A stretch of DNA of 64,000 nucleotides from Caulobacteraceae bacterium (GCA_003164925.1 PLRV01000025.1:22755-86754); one strand, 5' to 3'; positions 42,953 to 53,173 are shown, numbered from the stretch's first letter. Made by a program: numbers and translations. The notes: a model not told the origin generated them from the letters alone.

Positions 42953-43484
42953 GTGAGTACCGGTTTGGAAAAGATATCGCGTTACGCGCCTTCTAGTCCT
43001 TTTTGTGGCCACGGAACCCAGACCGGCCAAAATTCCGCATTTCCACGGGCGGTCTTGTCGTTCATGTCAGCTTGACGTCACCAGCACTGTAAGATTAACA
43101 GTTTGACGTATAAATACCAATATCCCGTCGTTTTTTAGGCGAACGCCGCCATATACAAAGTATTGAAAACTTCTAAAAATGGGGGAACACACTACTTTTC
43201 GGCCCCTAGTTTCCGTGTCTCATCTCAGGGGTACAGTCCAAAACGGAAAACGGTCAGTGAAAGTGGTATGTATTCCTATGTTTCATGACCTGCCCCGCGA
43301 GCCGTTGTAGCGCTGAGCTAGGGGCTTGGGCAATTACACGTGGAGCGTTCCGCAATCCCGAAGTTGAGGTGGTACGACCTCGTTCAGCAAGGGTCAGCGA
43401 CGTCGCGCCACGCGGGGTGCTGCGCTCGCGCCCTACCGTCAACCGTCATGCGTTTGGCCTGATCGGCCGTTCTCAAATCGGCGC

Positions 43485-44627
43485 TCAGGATCCAACCGGA
43501 ATGTCACGGCCGCGATCTTCCAGGCCCAGAGCCTTGGCGGTGGCGTGATCGTATGCGCCGCGGGTCAGGCCCTTATCCCGCTGGAAACGAACCATGGCCA
43601 GCTGCACGGCGGCGGTGAAGCGGCCGCTCAGCGGTCCGTCATAGTAGCCGTGCCTCTTCAGGGCTTCCTGCAGGGCCAGGGTGCGATAATCGCCGCCCCG
43701 GGCCAATGCGCCCTCGCGGTAGGTCTCACGCGTGGTGGTGACGACAGAGGATTGCGTGCTCACCACCGGCGCCGAGCGGATCGCCGGAGCGTCGTTCGCG
43801 CCCAGACGCACCGGCGAGACATTGTCCGCTTCCGGCTGGCAGTCGACTTCCTTCCAATCGAAATGGGTCGCCGAGATCAGGCGCTGCTTGGTCACCGTCT
43901 TGTAGGTGGCTGGGATCACCACTGAAACGGTTTGTTCAGGGGTGACCAGCTTGGTGATGCGCACCGTCTTGTAGGTGGCCGGAATCTGGTGCTCGATCAC
44001 TCGCCCCGGTTGGTCGATGACCTGCCGCGTCACTGTGGTGGTGATGGCCGGCTCGAGGACATCGCGGGTGGTTTCGGCCTGACGCACGACGTTGCGCGTC
44101 ACTGTGCGGTATTCCGCCGGCACCTGCACAAGACAGATCACTTCTCCCGTCGCCAGCACCTTGGTCGTGCCCGGCATGATGATGTCGCTGGGCGAACGCT
44201 GGCCGCGCTTCCATTCGGTGTGCGCTTCACGCACCAGAACCTGCTCAGATTCCTCGGCGTAGACCGCTGGAACATCAACCTTGCGGGTCGTCTCGGGCTT
44301 GACGACGATCGTCTCGGTGATGGTCTTGTAGGTCGCGGGGATGGTCTCGTATTCGACGCGCGCCTCGGTCGCGACCACCTGCCGGATGTCGTCGGCATAG
44401 ACAGCCGGCACCACATGCAGATCTGTGTGTTCGGCGGTGTCGACGACCTTTTCGGTGTAGGTCTCGTACTGTTCCGGCACCAGCAGCTTGCCGTAGCAGT
44501 GTCCGGCCACGGCGTTAGGCGGAAGATCGCTCGGAGCAATGCCTACATTCGGGGGCTGCGCGCCTGCGGCGCCGGCGGCCAACAGGATCAAGGCGCCCGA
44601 AGCGACCCCACTCAGATGAACACGCAT
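43485..44627 (-). CDS. Exported repeat protein with a C-terminal PG_binding_1 peptidoglycan-binding domain
   Basis: Signal peptide MRVHLSGVASGALILLAAGAAGAQ. About 8 copies of a (V/I)PAxY(K/E/R)T(V/I)T-type module. C-terminal LALQEALKRHGYYDGPLSGRFTAAVQLAMVRFQRDKGL. ATG 44627 with a GAGGG SD. Confidence 0.8.
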   Translation of the reverse strand: MRVHLSGVASGALILLAAGAAGAQPPNVGIAPSDLPPNAVAGHCYGKLLVPEQYETYTEKVVDTAEHTDLHVVPAVYADDIRQVVATEARVEYETIPATYKTITETIVVKPETTRKVDVPAVYAEESEQVLVREAHTEWKRGQRSPSDIIMPGTTKVLATGEVICLVQVPAEYRTVTRNVVRQAETTRDVLEPAITTTVTRQVIDQPGRVIEHQIPATYKTVRITKLVTPEQTVSVVIPATYKTVTKQRLISATHFDWKEVDCQPEADNVSPVRLGANDAPAIRSAPVVSTQSSVVTTTRETYREGALARGGDYRTLALQEALKRHGYYDGPLSGRFTAAVQLAMVRFQRDKGLTRGAYDHATAKALGLEDRGRDIPVGS

Positions 44628-45095
44628 CTCACCCTCGTTTCGAGACACAGCTGCCTACCGGAAATTCAGCGGCCTGCGCAGAAGTTAAAATTTATTAATA
44701 GTGGTTAAGCTTCGAATGCAAAGGCATTTTCCAATGGATTCAATTCTTAGGGGAAAACTGGCATTGGCAGACCTAGTTGGCTGAATAGGAAATGGGACGC
44801 GGCGACCTTCCCAACACAAGCCACCAAAGCGGGCGCCGTGCTGATCTGAGGCCGGCCCAGGGCGGACGCCGCTGCAACCGTGGTCAAAGCCTTTTTCAGA
44901 GAACCTATTGCATCTTCCAAGGTCTGAAACCGCTGCGGCGCGGCTTCATCAGGATGCAGAACCAGCACGCCCGATGGGAGGCCAGGAGCCGACACTGGGA
45001 CCGATCCGGGAAGGCGATACTCGCTTTGACACCGAGTGGCGAGTTCGACTCCCCAACAGGGGTTGAGTGAAACGCTCGCGATCGGGGTGGTCGAC

Positions 45096-45572
45096 CTAAG
45101 GGCCGTGGGCCAGACGCGACACCGAAGGCGCTTCCGAGCGACCAATCATCCTGGGCCCTATCAGGGCGTCGAGCGACCAGCCGCCGGGGCCGCGCAGGAC
45201 GAGCACGACCATGAACGCCAGCCATTGGATGTGGGTCGGCCAGGCGTCAGGATAGATGAAGAGCTGGATGGTGAGGGTCATGCCGAGCAGGGCCAAGGTC
45301 GAGATGCGCGTGGCGAGCCCGACCAGGATCAGGCTGGAGCAACACAGCTCCATGGTCGCGGCGGTGTAGGCGGCGACCACAGGCGGCAGGACCGGGGTGT
45401 GGTACTCGTTCTGGAACAACAACAGGGTCGCGTTCCAGTCCGACAGCTTCTGCGTCCCCGAGCGGATGAAGACGCTGAAGGTGGCGAGGCGGGCGATCAG
45501 GGCGATTACGGAATAGGGCACGGCGTCGAGCGCGGCGACAGCGCGGCGGATCGGTTGAGCGAAAGGGATCAT
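45096..45572 (-). CDS. DoxX-family membrane protein (last gene of the bufferin-type operon)
   Basis: 158 aa with 4 TM segments in a DoxX-like pattern (RLATFSVFIRSGTQKL...MELCCSSLILVGLATR). The ATG overlaps the upstream stop as ATGA. Confidence 0.8.
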   Translation of the reverse strand: MIPFAQPIRRAVAALDAVPYSVIALIARLATFSVFIRSGTQKLSDWNATLLLFQNEYHTPVLPPVVAAYTAATMELCCSSLILVGLATRISTLALLGMTLTIQLFIYPDAWPTHIQWLAFMVVLVLRGPGGWSLDALIGPRMIGRSEAPSVSRLAHGP

Positions 45573-46333
45573 CGGTCGGTTTCCAGAGTCGGGGACATGG
45601 TGAGGCGCGCGAACGGCGCGGCGAAAATCTCGGTCTGCAAAGCAATGAGGTCGGCGCCTTCGGCGAGCGCGGCTTTGAGGGCGGTGTCGGGCGCGGCCCC
45701 GTCCAGCAGGGCGGCGAGGAAGGCGAAGGCGGCCGGGCCGAGCGGTCGGATCGCGGCGCCGGCCGGAACGCGCCAGAGGACGCGCCTATAGCGGCCGGGC
45801 GCGAGATCGACGGCCCCCAGCGCCGCGTCGTCTCCGGTCTCGATGGCGTCGCGGATGGCGGCGGCGGGGTAGGTCAGGTCCAGGAGGCGGATCGAGGCGT
45901 CCAGGGTCAGCAGCATCTGGCCGAGATCGATGACGCCGCCGTCCGCTCCGACAGACAGGGCGCCCACCTCCTCCACCACCGCATCGAGCCGCGCGACGTC
46001 GACGAGATAAGGAATGTCCGTGGCCGGAGCATAGGTTTCGAGAAAGGCCGGGAAGTCCGCGCCGTAACCGGTAAGGCAGGCGCGGGCGGGCGGGTGGACG
46101 GCGACGAAGGCCAGGGCGGCCTGGTCGAAGAAGGCCTCGCCGACCAGGGCCTCGGCCGTGGGGAAGGTCAGGCGCAGGGCGTTGCTAAGAGCGCAGAGCA
46201 CAGTGTTGCGATGCAGGCCGAGGGCTTCCTGCGCGGCGACAGGTCCGGCGACGATCTGGTCGCCGAGAGCGGCGAAACGGCCGTGCAGCAGGGCGTCGGC
46301 CATCCGGGTCTGCAGAGATATCAGGTCAGGCAT
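45569..46333 (-). CDS. bufC: DUF2063-family protein (MNIO partner, MbnC-like role)
   Basis: 254 aa. An N-terminal LQTRMADALL...HRNTV...ALRLTFPTAEALVGEAFFDQAALAFV...YGADFPAFL pattern as in DUF2063. The start overlaps the DUF692 gene by 8 nt. Confidence 0.8.
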   Translation of the reverse strand: MPDLISLQTRMADALLHGRFAALGDQIVAGPVAAQEALGLHRNTVLCALSNALRLTFPTAEALVGEAFFDQAALAFVAVHPPARACLTGYGADFPAFLETYAPATDIPYLVDVARLDAVVEEVGALSVGADGGVIDLGQMLLTLDASIRLLDLTYPAAAIRDAIETGDDAALGAVDLAPGRYRRVLWRVPAGAAIRPLGPAAFAFLAALLDGAAPDTALKAALAEGADLIALQTEIFAAPFARLTMSPTLETDR

Positions 46334-47267
46334 GGGCGGCCTCGGGGACGGGAGCGCGGTCCATGGCGGCCAGATCGAGGATGAACTGGGCGGCGGCGGC
46401 CTCTTCCTGCAGGACGTCGAACGCGGGGAGGGCGGTGTCCCACTCGATCAGGGTCGGGCGCGGGCCGAGGCGGCGGATGGCGGTCTCGTAGAGGGCCCAG
46501 ACTTCGGGGCACACGCGCGAGCCGTGGTCGTCGACGCGCACGGCGCGGCCGCTGTCGAGCGGGCACACGGCGTGGCCGGCCAGGTGGATTTCGCCGATCG
46601 CTGCTGCGGGAATGAGGTCGAGATAGTCGGCCAGCGCCCGGGCCGGATCGCCGCCCTGGTTCATCACGGCGACCTCGATGTTGTTGATGTCGAGCAGCAC
46701 GCCGCAGCCGGTGGCGCGGGTCAGGGCGGCGAGGAACTGGGCCTCGCCGAGGACGGATCCCGCGAACCGCAGGTAGGTCGACGGATTCTCGATGAGGATC
46801 TGGCGGCCAAGCGCGTCCTGCACCCGGTCGACGTTGGCGGCGACTACCGCCAGGGCTTCCTCGGTATAGGGCAGTGGCAGAAGGTCCGGCAGATGAAGCG
46901 GGCCCGTCGGCAGGCTCGCGGCGCTCCAGGACAGATGATCAGATACCAGGCCCGGGCGCACGCGACGCTCCAGCGCCTTCAGCCGTGACAGGTAATCGGC
47001 GTCGATCCCGCAGGCCGAGCCCAGTGACAGGCCCACCGCGTGCAGCGACAGGGGATAGCGTTCGGCGACGCCGGCCAGTTCGTCGGCCAGGCCCGGGGTC
47101 ATGTAGTTCTCGGGGTGAACCTCGAACCAGGCGGCGGCGGGCGCCGTCTGGCGCACGACGGCGTGGTGCGGCAGGCGCAGCCCGATCCCAGCCTCGGCGG
47201 GGATCGGGCGCGCGCCGCGGGACACGGCGTCGGACGACGCATTGGCGATGAAGCTGTGCAAGGTCAT
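46326..47267 (-). CDS. bufB: DUF692 / MNIO (multinuclear non-haem iron oxidase, MbnB-like)
   Basis: Motifs GIGLRLPHH, WFEVHPENY, LHAVGLSLGS, SDHLSW, LLPLPYTEEAL, LIENPSTY, LLDINN, EIHLAGH, LIEWD. ATG 47267 with a GAGGA SD. The track start 47282 is TTG. Confidence 0.9.
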   Translation of the reverse strand: MTLHSFIANASSDAVSRGARPIPAEAGIGLRLPHHAVVRQTAPAAAWFEVHPENYMTPGLADELAGVAERYPLSLHAVGLSLGSACGIDADYLSRLKALERRVRPGLVSDHLSWSAASLPTGPLHLPDLLPLPYTEEALAVVAANVDRVQDALGRQILIENPSTYLRFAGSVLGEAQFLAALTRATGCGVLLDINNIEVAVMNQGGDPARALADYLDLIPAAAIGEIHLAGHAVCPLDSGRAVRVDDHGSRVCPEVWALYETAIRRLGPRPTLIEWDTALPAFDVLQEEAAAAQFILDLAAMDRAPVPEAAHA

Positions 47268-47295
47268 GACGCCGGTCCTCAAGTCCGAGCCTAGA

Positions 47296-47568
47296 TCACA
47301 TCGCCTTCAGGGAGCCGCCGGCGATCTTGGCGCAGGCGCCCTTGGGCAGGTAGACGAAGGAGGTCTTGTCCATGTCTCTGGTCGCCTGACCGGCGCAGGA
47401 ATGGGCGCCGGCGGCGCAGTCGTTCTTGGCGGCCTTGGCGACGCCGTAGCACTTCTCGGACATGGCGGGCTGGGCGACCGGCTGGGCCGAGGCCGAGCCG
47501 GCGGCGGCGGCGGCAGACAGGGCCAGGGCGCCGAGGATGGTGGTAGCGACGATCTTTGTGGGGCTCAT
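47296..47568 (-). CDS. bufA: DUF2282-type RiPP precursor (bufferin-like): Sec signal + 4-Cys core
   Basis: 90 aa: [28 protein letters not shown] | [71 protein letters not shown] lies 7 nt before the ATG. It is the first gene of the operon. Confidence 0.85.
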   Translation of the reverse strand: MSPTKIVATTILGALALSAAAAAGSASAQPVAQPAMSEKCYGVAKAAKNDCAAGAHSCAGQATRDMDKTSFVYLPKGACAKIAGGSLKAM

Positions 47569-47612
47569 CGGTAGTCTCCTCGTAGGGTTTGCGAACGAGG
47601 CTTTAGCGCCCC

Positions 47613-47648
47613 GTAACCAGTTGTTCGTTGCGCCTCGGCGAAGGTTAC
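47613..47648. promoter_or_regulatory. Inverted GTAACC...GGTTAC pair holding an ECF-type promoter candidate for the precursor operon
   Basis: The minus strand reads TGTAACC-N15-CGAA (CGAA at 47624-47627), about 55 nt upstream of the bufA-like ATG. A second candidate on the plus strand is GCGAAC (47591-47596)-N15-CGTAA. Confidence 0.4.
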
Positions 47649-47690
47649 AGGATGCTCGGACGAATTTTTCCGGGCGGGATTTGGGGGCGG

Positions 47691-48251
47691 ATGAACGGCG
47701 TCGAGCAGGACCGGCAGTGGTCCGGGTGGATGGCGAAGGCGCAGGACGGCGACAACGCCGCCTATGCCCAGCTGCTGCGCGGGATATTGCCGTTCCTCAG
47801 GGTGCTGGCGCGACGGCGCTGCCGCGATCCGGACCGCTGCGAGGACATCGTGCAGGACGTGCTCTTGACCCTGCACCGAGTGCGTCACACCTACGACCCC
47901 GCGCGGCCGTTCACGCCCTGGCTGGCGGCCATCTGCGACCGGCGCTCGATCGACGCCTTGCGCAAGCGCGTGCGGCAGGCGAGCTATGAGACGGATAACG
48001 CGCGCGCGTATGAAACCTTTGCCGACCCCGCGTCGAACAAGGAAGTGGACGCCGGCGACGCGGCCCAGGCCCTGGCGGCCCTCGTCGCGCAATTGCCGTC
48101 CGCCCAGCGCGAGGCGCTGGAACTGGTGAAGGTGAAGGAGATGTCGCTGCTGGAGGCTTCGCAGGCGTCGGGACAGTCGGTCGGAGGACTGAAGATCAAC
48201 GTGCATCGCGCGCTGAAGGCGCTGCGTCTGCGCGTGGGGGCGAGCGAATGA
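47691..48251 (+). CDS. sigF: ECF (group IV) RNA polymerase sigma factor, SigF-like by synteny
   Basis: Region 2 ([46 protein letters not shown]) and region 4 ([41 protein letters not shown]). The start is uncertain (47652, 47691 or 47730). The stop overlaps the next gene as ATGA. Confidence 0.85.
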   Translation: MNGVEQDRQWSGWMAKAQDGDNAAYAQLLRGILPFLRVLARRRCRDPDRCEDIVQDVLLTLHRVRHTYDPARPFTPWLAAICDRRSIDALRKRVRQASYETDNARAYETFADPASNKEVDAGDAAQALAALVAQLPSAQREALELVKVKEMSLLEASQASGQSVGGLKINVHRALKALRLRVGASE

Positions 48252-48892
48252 ATACCGACGGTCTGATCGCCGAACTCGCAGCTTCCGCGCCGCCGGTAAA
48301 GCGCCTGGCTCCGCCGATGACGCGCGCCTTTGTTTGGCTGCTGGCCGTGGCCGCCATCGCCGCTGTGCCGATCATCCTGTTGTCGAACCTGCACGTCTGG
48401 GCCGGCCGCGCCTCCCACCCGCGCATGGCGCTAGAACTTGCCGCCACCCTGGCCACCGGCATCGCCGGCGTGATCGCCGCCTTCCACCTCTCGATTCCCG
48501 ACCGCTCGCCCCGCTGGGCCCTCCTGCCCCTGCCCTTCGCCCTGGTGTGGGCGGCGAGCACCGGCCTCGGCTGCTGGCAGACCCTGGCCGAGCAGGACAA
48601 GCGCGGCTGGGGCCTGTTCCAGAGCAGCGACTGCTTCGTGGTGCTGATGATCGTCGGCATCCCCATGGCCGGGCTGCTGCTGCTCAGCCTGCGCCGCGCC
48701 CGGCCGCTGCAGCCACGCCTGGTGGCGACGGTGGGGGCCGCGGGGGTGGCGGGGCTGGCCGCCTTCGTGCTGCAGTTCTTCCATCCGTTCGACGTGACGG
48801 TGATGGACCTCGGCGCGCACCTGGCCGGGCTGCTGGTGCTGTTCGCGGTGCTCAATCTGTCAGCGCGGCTGGGGCTGGCGGGCCGGGCCTAG
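48248..48892 (+). CDS. nrsF: DUF1109 / NrsF-type membrane anti-sigma factor
   Basis: N-terminus [20 protein letters not shown] followed by six TM segments, the pattern of NrsF-family negative regulators of SigF. It is translationally coupled to the sigma gene. Confidence 0.8.
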   Translation: MNTDGLIAELAASAPPVKRLAPPMTRAFVWLLAVAAIAAVPIILLSNLHVWAGRASHPRMALELAATLATGIAGVIAAFHLSIPDRSPRWALLPLPFALVWAASTGLGCWQTLAEQDKRGWGLFQSSDCFVVLMIVGIPMAGLLLLSLRRARPLQPRLVATVGAAGVAGLAAFVLQFFHPFDVTVMDLGAHLAGLLVLFAVLNLSARLGLAGRA

Positions 48893-48926
48893 GGCCCCTT
48901 TACCGCCACCCCTCCCGCTTCACCCC

Positions 48927-49529
48927 CTACGCCGGCCGCCGCGCCCTCAGCGCCTGGGCGATCGTGCCGTCGTCGAGCCAGTCGAGCTCCCCGCCCACCG
49001 GCACGCCGCGGGCCAGGCTGGTGACCTCGATATTATGGCCGGACAGGCGCTCGGCCAGGTAATGGGCCGTGGTCTGACCATCGACCGTGGCCGGCAGGGC
49101 CAGGATCACCTCGCGCACCTGCCCCTCGGCCACGCGCCCGACCAGTTCGCCCACGCGCAGGGCGTCGGGCCCCACCCCGTCCAGGGCCGAAAGCAGGCCC
49201 CCCAGCACGTGATAGCGGCCGCGGAAGGAGCCGCCGCGCTCCAGCGCCCACAGGGCGCCCACCTCCTCCACCACGCAGATCAGGCTGGAATCGCGGGCCG
49301 GGTCGGCGCAGATGGCGCAGGGGTCGGAGGTGTCGAGCGAGCCGCAGATTGAGCAGGCCTTCACCTTGCGGCCCGCGTCGGCCAGGGCCTGGGCCAGGGG
49401 CGTCAGCAGCTGGTCCTTGCGCTTGAGCAGGGCCAAGGCGGCCCGGCGGGCTGAGCGCGGCCCAAGCCCCGGCAGCTTGCCCAGAAGGGCGATCAGCCGT
49501 TCGATCTCGGGGCCGGCTGAGGAAGCCAA
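48927..49529 (-). CDS. recR: Recombination protein RecR
   Basis: Hh[14 protein letters not shown], zinc finger [16 protein letters not shown], and a Toprim domain. TTG start. Confidence 0.9.
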   Translation of the reverse strand: MASSAGPEIERLIALLGKLPGLGPRSARRAALALLKRKDQLLTPLAQALADAGRKVKACSICGSLDTSDPCAICADPARDSSLICVVEEVGALWALERGGSFRGRYHVLGGLLSALDGVGPDALRVGELVGRVAEGQVREVILALPATVDGQTTAHYLAERLSGHNIEVTSLARGVPVGGELDWLDDGTIAQALRARRPA

Positions 49530-49533
49530 GGCG

Positions 49534-49857
49534 TTAGAACTTCAATCCCGGCAGGTTCATGCCGGCCAAGGGCCCCGCGGCGGCCTTCATATGCTCGGCC
49601 TGGGCGGCGTCGAGCTTGGCCTTGGCGTCGGCGTGGGCGGCCAGGATCAGGTCGCCCACCAGTTCGCCCTCGCCGGGCTCCAGCACCGACTCATCGATCG
49701 CGATGGATTTCAGCTCGCCGGTGCCCTTCAGCGTCAGGCGCACCAAGCCATTGCCCGCCTGGCCCTGGACTTCGGTCTCGGCCATCCGCGCCTGGGCCTC
49801 CTGCAGCTTGGACTGCATGGCCTGGGCCTGCTTCATCAGGGCGCCGAAGTCCTTCAC
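49534..49857 (-). CDS. ybaB: Nucleoid-associated protein YbaB/EbfC
   Basis: 107 aa, [21 protein letters not shown]... GTG start with an AGGAG SD. Lies upstream of recR. Confidence 0.9.
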   Translation of the reverse strand: MKDFGALMKQAQAMQSKLQEAQARMAETEVQGQAGNGLVRLTLKGTGELKSIAIDESVLEPGEGELVGDLILAAHADAKAKLDAAQAEHMKAAAGPLAGMNLPGLKF

Positions 49858-49868
49858 GGGGCCGCTCC

Positions 49869-50974
<1,106 letters not shown>

Positions 50975-50975
50975 C

Positions 50976-52766
50976 TCAGTACACCCGAGCCTTGGGCTTA
51001 ATGTAGTCGATCTCGTCGGTCATGGTGAAGGTGTGCACGGGTCGGTAGTCGATCGTCACCTTGCCGGTCTGGCCGTCGAACCAGGCCAGGGTGTGCTTCA
51101 TCCAGTTCGCGTCGTCGCGGTCGGGGAAGTCCTCGCGAGCGTGGGCGCCGCGGCTTTCCTGGCGGTTCAGCGCGCCGTTCACGGTCACAGCCGCCTGGCC
51201 GACCAGGTTGTCCAGCTCGAGGGTTTCCATCAGGTCGGAGTTCCACACCAGAGTGCGGTCGACCACCTTCAGGTCGGGCAGGCGGCCATGGATCTCGGCC
51301 AGCTTGTCCACGCCCTGCTTGAGCGTCTCGCCGGTGCGGAACACCGCCGCGTCGTTCTGCATGGCCTTCTGCATGTCCAGCCGCAGGGCCGCTGTGGGCG
51401 TGGCCCCGGAGGCGTTGCGGAAGTGATCGAACCGGGCCAGGTGCCCGTCGGTCATGGCCGGTTTCAGCTCGGGCTGCGTTGCGCCGGCCTTGAGGATATC
51501 GGCGGCGCGTAGGCCCGCCGAGCGGCCGAACACCACCAGGTCGATCAGGGAGTTGGAGCCCAGCCGATTGGCGCCGTGCACCGACACGCAGGCGGCTTCG
51601 CCCACGGCCATCAGGCCGGGCACCACCTGGTCTGGATTGCCGTCCTGCAGGGTGACCACCTCGCTGTTAAAGTTCGTCGGGATGCCGCCCATGTTGTAGT
51701 GCACGGTCGGCAGCACCGGGATCGGCTGCTTGGTCACGTCCACGCCGGCGAACACCTTGGCGCTCTCGGTAATGCCGGGCAGGCGCTGGTGGATGATCTT
51801 CGGGTCCAGGTGGTCCAGGTGCAGGAAGATGTGGTCCTTGTGCGGACCCACCCCGCGCCCTTCGCGGATCTCGATGGTCATGGAGCGCGAGACCACGTCG
51901 CGGCTGGCCAGGTCCTTGGCGCTCGGCGCATAGCGCTCCATGAAGCGCTCGCCCTGCGAATTGGTCAGATAGCCGCCCTCGCCGCGCACCCCTTCGGTGA
52001 TCAGCACCCCGGCCCCGTAGATGCCGGTGGGGTGGAACTGCACGAACTCCATGTCCTGCAGCGGCAAGCCCGCGCGCAGCACCATGGCGTTGCCGTCGCC
52101 GGTGCAGGTGTGGGCGCTGGTGCAGGAGAAGTAGGCGCGGCCGTAGCCGCCCGTGGCCAGGATCACGATCTGCGCCTGGAAGCGATGCAATGTGCCGTCG
52201 TCCAGCTTCCACGCGGTCAGGCCCCGGCAGGCGCCGGACTCGTCCATGATCAGATCCAGCGCGAAGTACTCGATGAAGAAGTCGACGTCGTTGTTGAGCG
52301 ACTGGCCGTACAGGGTGTGCAGCATGGCGTGGCCGGTGCGGTCGGCCGCCGCGCAGGTGCGCTGGATCGGGGCCTCGCCGAAGTTGCGCGTCATGCCGCC
52401 GAAGGCGCGCTGGTAGATCTTGCCCTCGTCGGTGCGCGAGAAGGGCACGCCCCAGTGCTCCAGTTCGTACACCGCCGCGGGGGCGTTGCGCACCATGTAC
52501 TCGATGGAGTCCTGGTCGCCGAGCCAGTCCGAACCCTTGACGGTGTCGTACATGTGCCAGCGCCAATCGTCCTGGCCCATGTTGCCCAGCGAAGCGGAGA
52601 TGCCGCCCTGGGCCGCCACGGTGTGCGAGCGGGTGGGGAACACCTTGGTTACGCAGGCGGTCTTCAGACCGGCCTGGGCGCAGCCGAGGGCGGCCCGCAG
52701 GCCCGATCCCCCAGCGCCGACCACCACCACGTCGAACTTGTGATCGATGAAGCTGTAAGCCGCCAT
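50976..52766 (-). CDS. sdhA: Succinate dehydrogenase flavoprotein subunit
   Basis: [16 protein letters not shown], the covalent-FAD His region [10 protein letters not shown], and a C-terminal ...KPKARVY. Confidence 0.95.
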   Translation of the reverse strand: MAAYSFIDHKFDVVVVGAGGSGLRAALGCAQAGLKTACVTKVFPTRSHTVAAQGGISASLGNMGQDDWRWHMYDTVKGSDWLGDQDSIEYMVRNAPAAVYELEHWGVPFSRTDEGKIYQRAFGGMTRNFGEAPIQRTCAAADRTGHAMLHTLYGQSLNNDVDFFIEYFALDLIMDESGACRGLTAWKLDDGTLHRFQAQIVILATGGYGRAYFSCTSAHTCTGDGNAMVLRAGLPLQDMEFVQFHPTGIYGAGVLITEGVRGEGGYLTNSQGERFMERYAPSAKDLASRDVVSRSMTIEIREGRGVGPHKDHIFLHLDHLDPKIIHQRLPGITESAKVFAGVDVTKQPIPVLPTVHYNMGGIPTNFNSEVVTLQDGNPDQVVPGLMAVGEAACVSVHGANRLGSNSLIDLVVFGRSAGLRAADILKAGATQPELKPAMTDGHLARFDHFRNASGATPTAALRLDMQKAMQNDAAVFRTGETLKQGVDKLAEIHGRLPDLKVVDRTLVWNSDLMETLELDNLVGQAAVTVNGALNRQESRGAHAREDFPDRDDANWMKHTLAWFDGQTGKVTIDYRPVHTFTMTDEIDYIKPKARVY

Positions 52767-52774
52767 GTTTCGTC

Positions 52775-53173
52775 CTACGCCGGGATCACGGTCGGCCCGA
52801 AGGCGACCTTGAGAATGCAGAAGATAGCCAGCGCCGCCGCCAGGGTGCAGACGAACAGGTTGGTCAGCAAAAGGGCGTTCCGGCGGATCGGGGTGTGGAT
52901 ATAGTCTTCGATCACCACGCGAAGGCCGGCATTCAGATGCTGGAAGCCCACCGCCAGCAGCAGCACCGACAGCACAGCGTTGAGCGGCGCGTGCATCCAG
53001 GCCGCCGCGCCGTCATAGCCGACCTTGGCCAGGGTCAGGCCCGAACAGACCGCCCACAACGACAGCGGAACGAGGGCCACCGAAGTGACCCGTTCGGAAA
53101 TCCAGACGCCGGCGCCGTGTTTGGCCGAGCCCAGGCCGCGCGCCCGGCCCAGAGGGGTGCGATAGCTGACCAT
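52775..53173 (-). CDS. sdhD: Succinate dehydrogenase membrane anchor subunit
   Basis: 132 aa with 3 TM segments. The ATG shares one base with the sdhC stop. The track N-terminal extension is Arg/Gly-rich and implausible. Confidence 0.8.
   Translation of the reverse strand: MVSYRTPLGRARGLGSAKHGAGVWISERVTSVALVPLSLWAVCSGLTLAKVGYDGAAAWMHAPLNAVLSVLLLAVGFQHLNAGLRVVIEDYIHTPIRRNALLLTNLFVCTLAAALAIFCILKVAFGPTVIPA

Noticed and set aside
45021-45060. GAGTTCGACTCC segment resembling a tRNA T-arm, as a possible att repeat of tRNA-Ser
   Set aside because: The flanking bases cannot form a T-stem or acceptor stem, and identity to the tRNA-Ser 3' end stops after about 11 nt. It is not a tRNA fragment or direct repeat.
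44747-45145. 132-aa minus-strand ORF downstream of the DoxX gene, as a possible fifth operon gene
   Set aside because: It overlaps the DoxX 3' end out of frame. It has no SD, no motif and irregular composition. An overlapping plus-strand ORF (44792-45070) is equally unconvincing, so I treat the region as non-coding.
51576-52904. 442-aa plus-strand ORF, and other ORFs at 50.2-53.7 kb on the plus strand
   Set aside because: They are antisense to sdhA, sdhB, sdhC and sdhD.
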